Of a stretch of DNA of 64,000 bases, positions 1 to 12,042 are shown in pieces. Position 1 is the first letter of the stretch; every line of letters begins with the position of its first letter. This DNA comes from Phyllosticta citribraziliensis. Lineage: Eukaryota. The stretch is from positions 868,001-932,000 of the forward strand of contig NW_027117340.1 in assembly GCF_038025025.1 (NCBI RefSeq), written 5' to 3'. The translations under genes were made by a program, and so were the position numbers. The notes under the pieces were generated by a model. It searched no databases and was not told the DNA's origin. It saw only the letters and a program-made list of their open reading frames with translations.

Positions 1-1350
1 TTATAAAGATATAAAAACTCCTTAAGTAATATTACTACTAGCTAGCTATAAATTACACGATTAATATTTATAGGTAAGGATGCTATATTTACTACTAAAT
101 AAAAGAGTTTTATAATAAAGACCTAGGCCTTCTATAACCCCTAGAGATTCCTACTTGACCCTAGTAATACTTAGCTATAGATTTTAAAGAGATACCTAAA
201 GACTAAAAGGGCTATAATATAATCCTAGTTATTATAGACTAGTTAAGTTAAAGAACCTTTAGTTTACCTTATATAAAAAAGATTAATACTAAAGGAGTCT
301 CTAGGCTCTTTTATAAATATATCTACTATATTTATAGAAACCCTAAGTCTATCCTATCTAACTAAGGCCCTTAGTTTATCTCAGCGTTTATAAATAAACT
401 ATATAAGCTAACTAGTATAGAGTAGCATTTTAACTTATCCTACTACTCTTAAACTAATAGTATTATAGAGATTATTAATCAGCATCTTATATAAAGATTA
501 AGACCTTTTATTAATTACTTTTAAAATGATTAGTCTAATCTTCTACTATTAATAGACCTTATACAAGTAATACTTCCCTATAAAGCTACTAGACTTTTAC
601 CTTTTAAGATTAAGTTAGGATATTCCCCTTAAATGTACTATAACTAGTAATAAAGAACTAAGACCCCCTAGTAACTAGAGAAGATAGCTCGTATAGTAGT
701 ATAAATACTATAAAAGAGAAGATAAGAAGCTTTTAAATTTATAAAGAATCTTATTCTTAAATCCTAAGAGCATATATACTAATAAGCTAATAAATACCAT
801 CGCGCGCTAGACTTTATAGTTAGAGATTATATCTATATTAAGAAAATAGGATGGTCTACTAATTAGCTAAACCTTAAATTAGACTTTCCTAATACTAGAC
901 CTTTTAAGATTATAGGAATAGAAGGATCCTCCTATATCCTTAATCTTCTCTTATATATAAAGATAGTTAACCTTTTCTATACTAATAGGCTATATAAGGC
1001 TGAAATGGAACAGCTTCCTAGTTAGGAATATACTAAACCTAAACCTAAGATTATTTAAGATAAGCCTAAGTGGGAAGTAGACTATATTTAAGCTAGTTAA
1101 GTCTTATATAGGAAGCTTTAATACTAAGTTAAATAGACTAGATATAACTAAGATGACTAGTAGTATAATATAAGTTCTTTTAGTAGCGCGCCGTAGAAAA
1201 TTAAAGAATTCTACTTATTATACCCTGTTATAGTAGGACTACTAAAAAATCTAGAAAAATAGAAGGCTGCCTTCCTCTAAGAAGAACTATAGATTAAAAT
1301 AGAAAGTAATAATAAAATAAGTTACTTAGGCCTATAGTAAATATTATAAA
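1..1350 (+). pseudogene. RIP-degraded Ty3/Gypsy pol C-terminus (integrase core, GPF/Y motif, chromodomain)
   Basis: De-RIPed reading at ~440-550 gives S..HPQTDG.TE..NQHL.QRLRPF.NYFQDDWSDLLP (integrase core). ~898-950 gives GPFKI....GSSY.L.L, and ~1065-1100 gives EWEVD.I.AS (chromodomain start). Confidence 0.85.
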
Positions 1351-3585
1351 GATATAGAAAGTAGACTAATTAGTTTACTATCTACCCTTATATAAATACT
1401 ATTAATCTTAACTTCTACTCTCTAGTCTCTCCTTTTTACTACTTATTTCCTACTATCCTCTTCTTTAATTTCTACCCTTTACTTCTTTCCTTTTCCCTTC
1501 TTCTTATTATAATAGTTATTATATAAGACTATCTCCTCTAGATCCTCTAGCTTATTAGGTAGGATATCCTACTTAGCTAAAGCCTAATTAGTTTAATCCT
1601 CTAACCTAGCTTAGTAGTATAAGTTCTAGAACTCCTCTATATAAATTTTATCTTTATGCCTCTTATAATAAGCAGGCGGCTTAGTACCCTTTAAGTCACT
1701 TATAGTGTAGTTAAGGTTACCTATACCTTAAAGGTAGTTAGTATAGCAGCCCTATAAGAAACCAGGCAGGTAGTAATAACTAATAAACGCGCGAGTGTTA
1801 GTATTATTATAATACTTAGTATAGCTAATAGGGTTATTAATTCTAGTATACTAGATAAGAAAAGCATCGCGTAAGCTAGCTTAAGTTTTAACTAATAAGT
1901 AGTTAAATTACTAAGTAGAAACTATAATATATAAGTAAGGTATGCTATTACCTAAGGCCAAGATATACTTAGTACGCTCTTATACTTTAGAACTACTAAG
2001 GCACGCCTATATAGTTAGTTAGATAAGAATCCCTTATATTAGTAAGATAAACTTACTCGCGCGACACTCTCTATATTCTTATAAGGGATATAAAGCGTTA
2101 ACTTAAAGTCCTACTTAATAGGTACCTTATTAGAGCTAACTAGTAACGCCGCAACGCGAATCTTACTATTACTGCTATTATATAAAGCAGCAGGCAGTAA
2201 GTACTTAGCTGCTAGAACCTAATAAGCTGTAGGATTATAATAATAGTATATATAAGTAGGCTCTTTACCTTCTTCCTCTAAAACAGGCTGCGCGACAGCG
2301 AACCGGCAGCGATATAGTATAATAGGCTGGTTAGTAGCAGGCTATATAGCTATAGATGACGAACCTTACGCGATAACTAATAATACTAATTAAGTAGAAC
2401 CTAATACTATAGTACGCTATAGGTAAAGTAATAAGCCTATAGCTATTCCTAGCTAAATAAGTAAAGCCTAGCCTAACTAAGTCTTTATATAAGTATCCTC
2501 CTCTATAATTATATCGGTTAGTAAGATGGGACGACAAAGTAGTAAAACCTAGATATATAATACTACTTAACAGCCTAGATAATAATTAGTAATAGTTAGA
2601 GATAGAATTAAAGTTTACTTACTTTAGGACTCTATATAATAGTCCTTATAGATACTACTAGCTAAAACAGCTCTCTAAGTAAGTAGTAACTATAATAGAT
2701 TGCAAATAATGCCATATAATAATAACTTAATACTATAACTCTTATATAATAGTAATAAGTCCTAATAGACCAGACTATAATAAGCAGTAGACACATTAAG
2801 TATATAGCAGCTAGGAATGTCTACTTTACTATTAGTAGGGTACAAATTATTTAAATTATTAGAACCTTTACGCGTAATAGTTAGTTTACTAGATTATAGC
2901 TAAATTAGACCAGGATAATAATATACTTTAATAGGGAGCTTTAGATATAGCTAAGTAAGATAGCGACCTTCTATAGGTCGTGCAGTAAAAGAGATAGTAA
3001 TAGAAAGAGATAGTATAGTAGTAGACCTAGACTAATAATTATACTATATATATAGAACGCTTAAATTACTAAATCACCGCCATTATATATTATAAGTCTA
3101 CGCCTATATAAGCGCCTATAGCTGCTAATTCCTATAATTTTAGCTTCTCTTTAGGGGGGGCATATTATAATAGGCGTATATATACCTATATAAGTACTAG
3201 GGCTAGTATAGATAAACCTAGCATTATATAGTTATAGGAAGCACGAGCCTTACCTTAGGTAGCAGCCCACTATAGCTTAGGCTAAAACCTACAGGCTAGT
3301 ACCAGCTACTACAGCCTGGCACTAGCCACTATAGCCTTAGGAAGATACTATATAACAGCCTATTAATACCTTACCTTTATAACTCACCTAATAATAACTA
3401 AGGACCCTTATATAAAGGACAAGAGGTAGAATAGTATAAAGGAAGGACTAGGAAATATATAGGTAGTAAGTATCTTTTATATTTCGTTCTTTTAACTTAT
3501 TAGATTTAATTAAGATATATATATATTCTCTAGTAGTTTACCTTTAGCCCTTACCTATATAATAAGAAATCTACAAGTCGTGATA
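1009..3585 (+). mobile_element. Gypsy element 3' portion, copy A (chromodomain, long 3' region, PPT, 3' LTR)
   Basis: Near-identical direct repeat of 3586-6160 (both start aa[c/t]agcttcctagttaggaat and end aagtcgtgata). Differences are mostly C/T and G/A transitions. Confidence 0.9.
3163..3585 (+). repeat. 3' LTR (423 bp) of copy A
   Basis: Preceded by polypurine tract AGGGGGGG (3153-3160). Termini tattata...cgtgata are the RIP products of the inverted termini TGTCACG...CGTGACA. Confidence 0.85.
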
Positions 3586-6160
3586 AATAGCTTCCTAGTT
3601 AGGAATATACTAAACCTAAACCTAAGATTATTTAAGATAAGCCTAAGTAGGAAGTAGACTATATTTAAGCTAGTTAAGTCTTATATAGGAAGCTTTAATA
3701 CTAAGTTAAATAGACTAGATATAACTAAGATAACTAGTAGTATAATATAAGTTCTTTTAGTAGCACACTATAGAAAATTAAAGAATTCTACTTATTATAC
3801 CCTATTATAGCAGGACTACTAAAAAATCTAGAAAAATAGAAGGCTACCTTCCTCTAAGAAGAACTATAGATTAAAATAGAAAGTAATAATAAAATAAGTC
3901 ACTTAGGCCTATAGTAAATATTATAAAGATATAGAAAGTAGACTAATTAGTTTACTATCTACCCTTATATAAATACTATTAATCTTAACTTCTACTCTCT
4001 AGTCTCTCTTTTTTACTACTTATTCCCTACTATCCTCTTCTTTAATTTTTACTCTTTACTTCTTTCCTTTTCCCTTCTTCTTATTATAATAATTATTATA
4101 TAAGACTATCTCCTCTAAATCCTCTAGCTTATTAGGTAGGATATCCTACTTAGCTAAAGCCTAATTAGTTTAATCCTCTAACCTAGCCTAGTAGTATAAG
4201 CTTTAAAACTCCTCTATATAAATCTCATCTTTATACCTCTTATAATAAGCAGGCGGCTTAGTACCCTTTAAGTTACTTATAGTATAATTAAGGTTACCTA
4301 TACCCTAAAGGCAGTTAGTATAGCAGCCCTATAAGAAACCAGGCAGGTAGTAATAACTAATAAACATATAAGTATTAGTATTATTATAACACTTAGTACA
4401 GCTAACAGGGTTATTAATTCTAGTATACTAGATAAGAAAAGTATTATACAAGCTAGCTTAGGTTTTAACTAATAAGTAGTTAAATTACTAAGTAGAAACT
4501 ATAATATATAAGTAAGGTATACTATTACCTAAGGCCAAGATACATTTAGCACACTCTTATACTTTAGAACTACTAAGGCGTACCTATATAGTTAGTTAGA
4601 TAAGAATCCCTTATATTAGTAAGATAAACTTACTTATATAACACTCTCTATATTCTTATAAGGAATATAAAGTATTAACTTAAAGTCCTACTTAATAGGT
4701 ACCTTATTAGAGCTAACTAGTAATGCTATAATATAAATCTCACTATTACTACTATTATATAAAGCAGCAGGTAGTAAGTACTTAGCTACTAGAACCTAAT
4801 AAGCTATAGGATTATAATAATAGTATATATAAGTAGGCTCTTTACCTTCTTCCTCTAAAGTAGGCTATGTAATAGTAAACTAGTAGTGATGCGGTATAAT
4901 AGGCTGGTTAGTAGCAGGCTATATAGCTATAGATAATGAACCTCGCGCGATAACTAATAATACTAATTAAGTAGAACCTGATACTATAGTATACTATAGG
5001 TAAAGTAATAAGCCTCCTAGCTAAATAAGTAAAGCCTGGCCTAACTAAGTATTTACGCAAGTATCCTCCTCTATAATTATATTAGTTGGCAAGATAGGAT
5101 AATAAAGTAGTAAAACCTAGATATATAATACTACTTAATAGCCTAGATAATAATTAGTAACAGTCTAAAGAGATAGAATTAAAGTTTACTTACCTTAGGA
5201 CTCTATATAATAGCCCTTATAGATACTACTAGCTAAAATAGCTCTCTAAGTAAGTAGTAACTATAATAGATTATGAATAATACTATATAATAATAACTTA
5301 GTACTGTAACTCTTATATAATAGTAATAAGTCCTGATAGACTAGACTATAATAAGTAGTAGATATATTAAGTATATAGTAGCTAGGAATATCTGCTTTAC
5401 TATTAGTAGGGTATAAATTATTTAAATTATTAGAACCTTTATATATAATAGTTAGTTTACTAGATCATGGCTAAATTAGACTGGGATAATAATATACTTT
5501 AATAGGGAGCTTTAGATATAGCTAAGTAAGATAGTAACCTTCTATAGGTTATATAGTAAAAGAGATAGTAATAGAAAGAGATGGTATAGTAGTAGACCTA
5601 GACTAATAATTATACTTTATAACTATATAGAATGCTTAAATTACTAAATTACTACTGTTATATATTATGAGTCTATACCTATATAAGTGCCTATAGCTAC
5701 TAATTCCTATAATTTTAGCTTCTCTTTAGGGGGGGCATATTATAATAGGCATATATATACCTATATAAGTACTAGGGCCAGCATGGATAAACCTAGTATT
5801 ATATAGTTATAGGAAGTATAAGCCTTACCTTAGGTAGTAGCCTGCCATAGCTTAGGCTGAAACCTATAGGCTAGTACTAGCTACTATAGCCTGGTACTAG
5901 CTACTATAGCCTTAGGAAGATACCATATAATAGCCTATTAATACCTTACCTTTATAACTTACCTAATAATGACTAAGGACCCTTATATAAAGGATAAGAG
6001 GTAGAATAGTATAAAGGAAGGACTAGGAAATATATAGGTAGTAAGTATCTTTTATATTTTATTCTTTTAACTTATTAGATTTAATTAAGATATATATGTA
6101 TTCTCTAGTAGTTTGCCTTTAGCCCTTACCTATATAATAAGAAATCTGCAAGTCGTGATA
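3586..6160 (+). mobile_element. Gypsy element 3' portion, copy B
   Basis: Second unit of the ~2.58 kb direct repeat, with the same chromodomain, PPT (5728-5735) and LTR. Confidence 0.9.
5738..6160 (+). repeat. 3' LTR (423 bp) of copy B
   Basis: PPT then tattata...cgtgata, same length as and homologous to 3163-3585. Confidence 0.85.
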
Positions 6161-6544
6161 GTATTCTAGGTATATAGAAGCTTTAAGATAACTAACTCCC
6201 TATATAGAGTTAAATACTTAAGCCTAATTTATATCTACTAAGGTACTAAGATATAATATCTAGATAATAAGACTATTTATACCTATAGGTATATCTTAGG
6301 CTAAACTTAGAGGGGGGTAATATTATAGGTTAGCTAAAAATCTATAATTATATTAAATACTAATTAGTATTAAATATTAGGTATACCTATATTATAACTA
6401 CTAGCTATAATTATAAGCTATATATACTAAAATTATCTAATTCCCTAAGAGCCTTAGCTACTTAGATAACTTAACCCTAGTACTTATATATATAATACTA
6501 ATATAATAATAGAAATAAGAATAGAACCTTCTATACCTATAGTA
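6161..6544 (+). mobile_element. 3' end of a different RIPed LTR retrotransposon (PPT + ~224 bp LTR at 6321-6544)
   Basis: PPT GAGGGGGG at ~6310-6317. Terminal inverted repeat tattataggt (6321) / acctatagta (6535-6544), 9/10 match. No similarity to the 423-bp LTR seen by eye. Confidence 0.6.
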
Positions 6545-7308
6545 GGGATTTAATTAAGTAGTTAGTTTTAAGAAATATATTACTACTATTAAGCTAGTAA
6601 TCTACTATATAATATAGGATTAAAATAAGGTCTTATTCTCTTCTAGTACCTATCTTCCTTCTATTATAATTTCTAAGGTAAGTTAGATAATAGAATATAA
6701 AAGAATCTTATTATATAAATACTATAGATAGCTATCTTTATTTTCTTATAATTAATACTCCTAAGTAGACTTACTATTAATTTAACTTCTATCTTATTTA
6801 TATACCCTTCTTACTTAGCTTTATCTCCTATACTTATATACTCTAGTACTAGGTAAATAGTTACTTAGAACTAGCCTACTAATTAGGTAATCTATTAGCT
6901 TATAATAGTCTTATACTACTTAAATAATAAGATAATAGCTAGATAGTAGCTTATTTTAGTTAGTTTAGTAGTTATTTTAGTCCTATTCTATAGAGCCTAC
7001 TTATTTACTACTAGCTACTATCTCTTATACCTCTTCTAGTACTAGTATTTTAGCCGGCTAAGTAAGTATATTAGTAAGTAGCTAGTCCTACCTATACTAG
7101 TAGAGTAAATTAATATAGACTACTAATAATTAATAGGTAAGGAGTAAGAGTAGTTATTATATAGCCTATATAGAATAACTATCTACTCCTAGGCTAGCTA
7201 TAAATAGCTAGTATATATATAAGTAGTAAATACTAAGTGCTAAATACTATAAAATATAAACTATATATACTATATAGTATATAATACTCCTAGGCTAACT
7301 AAATAAGG

Positions 7309-7312
<4 letters not shown>

Positions 7313-7338
<26 letters not shown>
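7313..7338. repeat. (TA)13 microsatellite within RIPed DNA
   Basis: Direct reading of the sequence. Confidence 0.9.
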
Positions 7339-7343
<5 letters not shown>

Positions 7344-7651
7344 TACTAAATACTATAAAATATAACTAGAATAGTATAGTAGTATATATATAATAATTTT
7401 ACCTATTATCTACTATAGTAACTATATTATTACCCCTTAATTTAACCCTCTATAGTACTAAGTCTTATACTAGTTATTTTAGGTATTATTATAATTAGCC
7501 TAGTACTTAGTAACTTACTTATTAAAGCTCTATAGATATACTTTCTCTTACTAAGATATATATAATTTCTTAATTAACTATGGTAGACTTCACGTATATA
7601 GCTTAAAACAAGCAAGTAAAAGGTGTTCGTGTAAACTATATAGAGAAGAAA

Positions 7652-8989
7652 TTATAACTCGAACGTAAGAATCCGAGTGTTGTCGTACGCCAACTGATGG
7701 TACTTTGAAGCCATCGAATCAAGGCCAGCGCGCTTGAACGCCTTCGCTGCTTGGAAGTAACACATCGCTATCCACTGACCATCGAGGCGTTCCTGCTTCG
7801 CCAACCAGGTCAGCTCCATTGCGTCGTCGAGCGGGCAGCTCGACTCCGAGCTCCAAATCTCGCCACAATTTGGCCAAATCGAGCGAAACTTTTGGATATA
7901 GTTGTCCGAAATGTCCAACTCCTCCAAGCTCCGAGAGCAGTGGGGACAATTGCATTTGAAGCCCCAGCCTCCCTGTAGGACGTACAGCCTTTCCGACCGC
8001 GGCGAGATGAGGTTGATGTCTGGAACAGATGAGTACGAGCACGAGACTTTTCGCGGCTAAAGATTTTCTTACAGGAGACAGTCAACTCTGTGCCGGGTGC
8101 AATCGTTCGCGCAGCGTAAGTGGCTTGCGTCAGGCTGGACGGGTCGAAAGTATATTCAAGACTGGGTCGTCCAGGTTAGTCTTTGTACTTCTGCAGGCGG
8201 CGAAAAGGGTACGCAAGACTTACTTGGGTCGACAGTCATGATTGAAACGCTGTAGGAGAGTAGGTCAGCTCCGGGCAGGGACTCCGTGGTTATGCAGTGC
8301 TGAAGACTTACGGAAACCTCTGGAAAGATGGCAACGAACGTGTTGTCTTCCCCTGCAACACCTCCCATGGCGAATGAGTTTGTGTTGATGATATCCTCAA
8401 CCTCGTCACCGCCAAATTCACCATGCTGTCGTAAGAACAAGCCTTGTTGTTCCGAACCGAGCTGGCGGATAGCTTGATGCTGCATAGATCGCATTTTGTC
8501 CGCGGGTGCAGCGCCTCGACTGCCAACGTGGATCATGACCAGAGGATTGAAGAGGGTGACTCGCTCGCCCTTCTTGATCGCTCTATTCGCTACAGCGCCC
8601 ATACCTCGTCCTGGAATGATTTTGGAATCATACGGAAGGTCGCCCTCACGATTCGCGGCATCCAACAAGCCTTCTTCCGTGAACGCGGGCAACTTCGAAA
8701 CATTGCCAGCGATTTCCGGCGGCATGATCATCGAGATGCCCCGACCTCCAGCGAATGAATTGCTAGTGTAGAGACAAGCATTTCCACCGTCGCCATGCTC
8801 GCATCGCGGGGGATATGCCCAAATCTTCGGGTCGTAGTCCGGAGTCAAGTTAAGTGATGACGGGGAGCCGCACATGCTGGAGTTGTCTGCTTCAACAGTG
8901 CCCGGTATAATCTCTTGATACTGGTCGCCATGGCCTTTCGCAGCCTGACCCAGGACGTAGAAGGAGAGCAAATTGAGGAGCACGGCCAT
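7652..8989 (-). CDS. SET-domain protein (SMYD/Set5-like) with hydrophobic N-terminus; 4 exons (~8989-8312, 8249-8224, 8161-8073, 8019-7652)
   Basis: Motifs IPGRGMGAVANRAIKKGE, INTNSF, spliced FPEVSRFNHDCRPN, GTELTVSY and post-SET GFKCNCPHC. GTAAG...CAG introns restore the frame. Alternative ATG at 9007. Confidence 0.85.
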
Positions 8990-10162
8990 CTTCTTGGAAC
9001 TCGGCATGGTGTAAGAGGTTTGAACGATAGGTCGAAAAAGAGGTGGATGCAAAGAAGAAGCCCACCGTCCTCCTTACAGATGGCAGATACGAGTAGATAT
9101 TTGAAGACCCCAGATGCCCCTAGGATCCCAATCAGGAAAGCGGGACGTGAATCAAGCCTCTGTCTGCACGAATGCTGAGGATCATGGATTCTGCGCATGT
9201 CTGTACGAAGGCTCGAAACGGAAAGCGGTATGAATGAAACGGTTGACGTGAACTGAATGACGTAGGGCGGAGGTGCCAACAAGCTTTGACAAAACTTGGG
9301 ATACGCTTGGGACCACTTGGAAACCAACATCGCAGACCCAATTGCCATTTGCCAATACGACAGAGTGGTAAGGCCAAGAGTGTTTCGATGACGGGTTGGA
9401 AGAAACGGGCAAATGACACGGGACCTTGGTAGCTCCTGATCCCGCGGCTTGAGGCGCGAAACCAGCAACACCACCACGGCATGACAGCAGAGCTCATGGA
9501 TCCGGCAGGGTACATCGTTCAGCAGTTGGGTAAGAGCCAAGCGTACCCCTCCCTCATCGGAAACCTCGCCAATGCTCCCATTGGAATCCGGACCGGACTA
9601 TATGGATAAGATAATGCTCCGCCATAGCATGTCCAACCATCAGTCAGCTACGGCGCGTTGACAACTTACGTCGTGCGTGTCTTTGTAACCCAGAGAATTC
9701 GACGTTGACCAAACGGTTCGCCGTTGACGGATCTAGTCCACGATGATCCTTGGCGACGATATCGCGAGGTGCTATACATGTGAAACGCAAGTGTGGGCGC
9801 CTCCTCATCAAGTGGCCGAGGACTAAAGACTGTCACAAAGCCCTCCCTCGCTCGCAAGGAACTGACCTGAGCAAACACGTGAGATTGACAAAGGGATCTT
9901 GAATTTACATTATCACCAAGGTCGGAACAGTGATGAAGAGCACTCGGGCTTTTGCGAAAACTTGGATGGAAATTCTTCATGCTCAGAAAAAGTTTGGGCA
10001 ACGAGAAATGGCAGTTCAATGTCAAAGATCCTGCGCAAAACAACCTGCAAGTGGCTTGAACGTCGCACATGATTCCTATCCAGGCATGTGGAGGTCTTCG
10101 CATCCGGAACGACGTTCGCGCCAAGCGCGGAGTGGGGAGAGCGGCAAAGACACGGGTTAGCG

Positions 10163-10917
10163 TTACTCCGACTTAGGAGACTTTCCAATGTTCCTGAGAT
10201 CCCAGTTGTTGAGGTAGCCAGAGGCGACCTGCGTGTCGAAGCGCGGTTAGATTCAAACATTGCTGTTGGCCAGTCCAGGGCTCGACGGGGTCTCACGGTC
10301 AAATATGTAGCAAAGCTAAGCCAGCCAAGGTAGGGAGCCATCAACCAGGCAGCGGTCTCATCGACCTCAGCCCACGTCTTGGCAAGATAACCAACAACGC
10401 CTGTCAGGGCAATAATGTCGAAGGTAGCGGCCAGAGGACGTCCAAGTCCGAAGAAGAGAGGCGTCCAGACAAGGTTGAGACCGAGCTGAACTGTGTAAAG
10501 GGTTGCTCCTTGCTATCGAACTGATTAGCACCGACAAGACAGCGACGGAAAAAACTGCTACTCTTCGCACCTTTGCCAGCGATAGTTTGTGCGGGTCGAA
10601 CGAGCTGCTCCCCGCGGACCATGCACGGTAGGAGGCGTAGCCCATGGCGGCGTACAGCAGAGTCCACACAGGACCGAAAACCCAGGCGGGGGGGCTACCA
10701 CGCGGCTGCTTGAGAGCTCTGTACTTGCTGTCTGTCTGGGCTGTCGCAAGTAAAGGCATGGTCAGCGGGTGCCGGGGGGCTGGTCAGGGCAGCAGGACGA
10801 CGCACGACGTGTCATGAAGCCGACGGCCATGCCGGCCGTGACGGGCAGCAGGACGGCGACGGCGGGCCTGTCGAAGACGGCAGCAGGGAGAGTGAGCTGT
10901 GGGATGTAGGTCGTCAT
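10163..10917 (-). CDS. TspO/MBR family translocator protein (4 exons)
   Basis: MTTYIPQLTLP start, YRALKQPRGSPPAWVFGPVWTLLYAAMGYASY, QLGLNLVWTPLFFG and LMAPYLGWLSFATYL signatures joined by GT-AG introns. Confidence 0.92.
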
Positions 10918-12042
10918 GGCGGCGAGTTGATGAGGAGGAAAGGGGAGTTGGAGTGATGATGTAGATGTAATGTAGATGTCGAGCGGGCCGGGGCGTCGCG
11001 GTTGATCGGCAAGAGCTGCGCCAGGGAGCAGTGGTCATGATCTCACGATGTGGGTTGATCGGGCCGGAGCGCCAAGAAAGCGTGAGGTGCATCGGGTCGA
11101 GTCTCGTTCACACATGGTTCTGGCGACTGGAAAGGGCCTGATTATTCCTGACGGGTTGAAGATCGAAGTTGGTGGAGGTGGTGTCGGGTGGTGGTTGTTG
11201 CTGACTAACGGAAGGTGAGAGTCCTTCGGGGCAGGTCACGGCAGGTCCCCGTCCAGGTGGAAGGAACGGACCACGGACCAACCAGCCCAAGCTACCTTAC
11301 CTTACAGGCAGGCAGGCAGTAGCTCCAGTCGGCCCCGTCCTCCTCGGCCACCCGCCCCGGCATCAACACGCCGCACCGCACCCACGTCTCGTACGGCGTC
11401 TTCTCCACACCATCCATCCACCCATCCATCCACCCACCCACTCCTCCTCCTCCTCCTCCTCTTCTCTCTCTTCCACCGCCTGCACACTCGCAGCTCTTTG
11501 TGAGTGCCCGCTCCTTCGTTTTTCTCCATTGCTTGCGGCAGCACTCTGCTCCTCATTGTTTGTCTCCTTTGCCTAGAAACCAACCTCTCTACCTCCTCCT
11601 CCTCCTCCTCCTCCTCCTGCCCCCATCCTCGTCCGCGCCTCGCCGCGTCCCCTCTCCATCTCGTCCCTACGACTCCTTTACCTTACTCCATCTCTATCCC
11701 CTTGCGCTTTCCGCCCTGTGTTTCCGCCATCCTGCGGCAACCTCCACTTTGTCCAACTACTTGGCCCCGTCCCGTCGTCTTGTCTTTCTTTGCCATCCAC
11801 TCCCTCGATCTCTCTCTGATTGTGCATCTCTGACCCGAAGTCATGCTCGCAAACAGCTTCATCCGGAATAGACAATTGTCTACACCCTCAAACGCAATCT
11901 CGGCATCAATGCGTTTGCCTGGTCGCACCCGCCGTCCCCCATACGACTACTAGCCACTGCCTCGTTGCCTCCGGGCCACCACTCCACTCCATCCACCTCT
12001 CTTGTCCAACCCGGCAATTCCAATCTTCACACAATGTCAACC

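Larger units (their letters stand above)
1..7600. repeat. AT-rich RIP-mutated transposon block (heterochromatin-like island)
   Basis: Very low GC, extreme TpA excess and CpA/TpG depletion, stop codons in all frames (only one ORF >=60 aa in 7.6 kb), and an abrupt switch to GC-balanced gene-dense DNA at ~7600. Confidence 0.95.

Noticed and set aside
2331..2537. 68-aa ORF in the AT-rich block as a functional gene
   Set aside because: It lies in RIPed repeat DNA, is Y/I/L-biased, and the second copy (~4908-5110) has an indel and substitutions. At most it is a relic.
8845..10160. Several 70-230 aa ORFs between the SET and TspO genes
   Set aside because: Mostly non-ATG starts, no recognisable motifs, overlapping in multiple frames. 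They look like chance ORFs.
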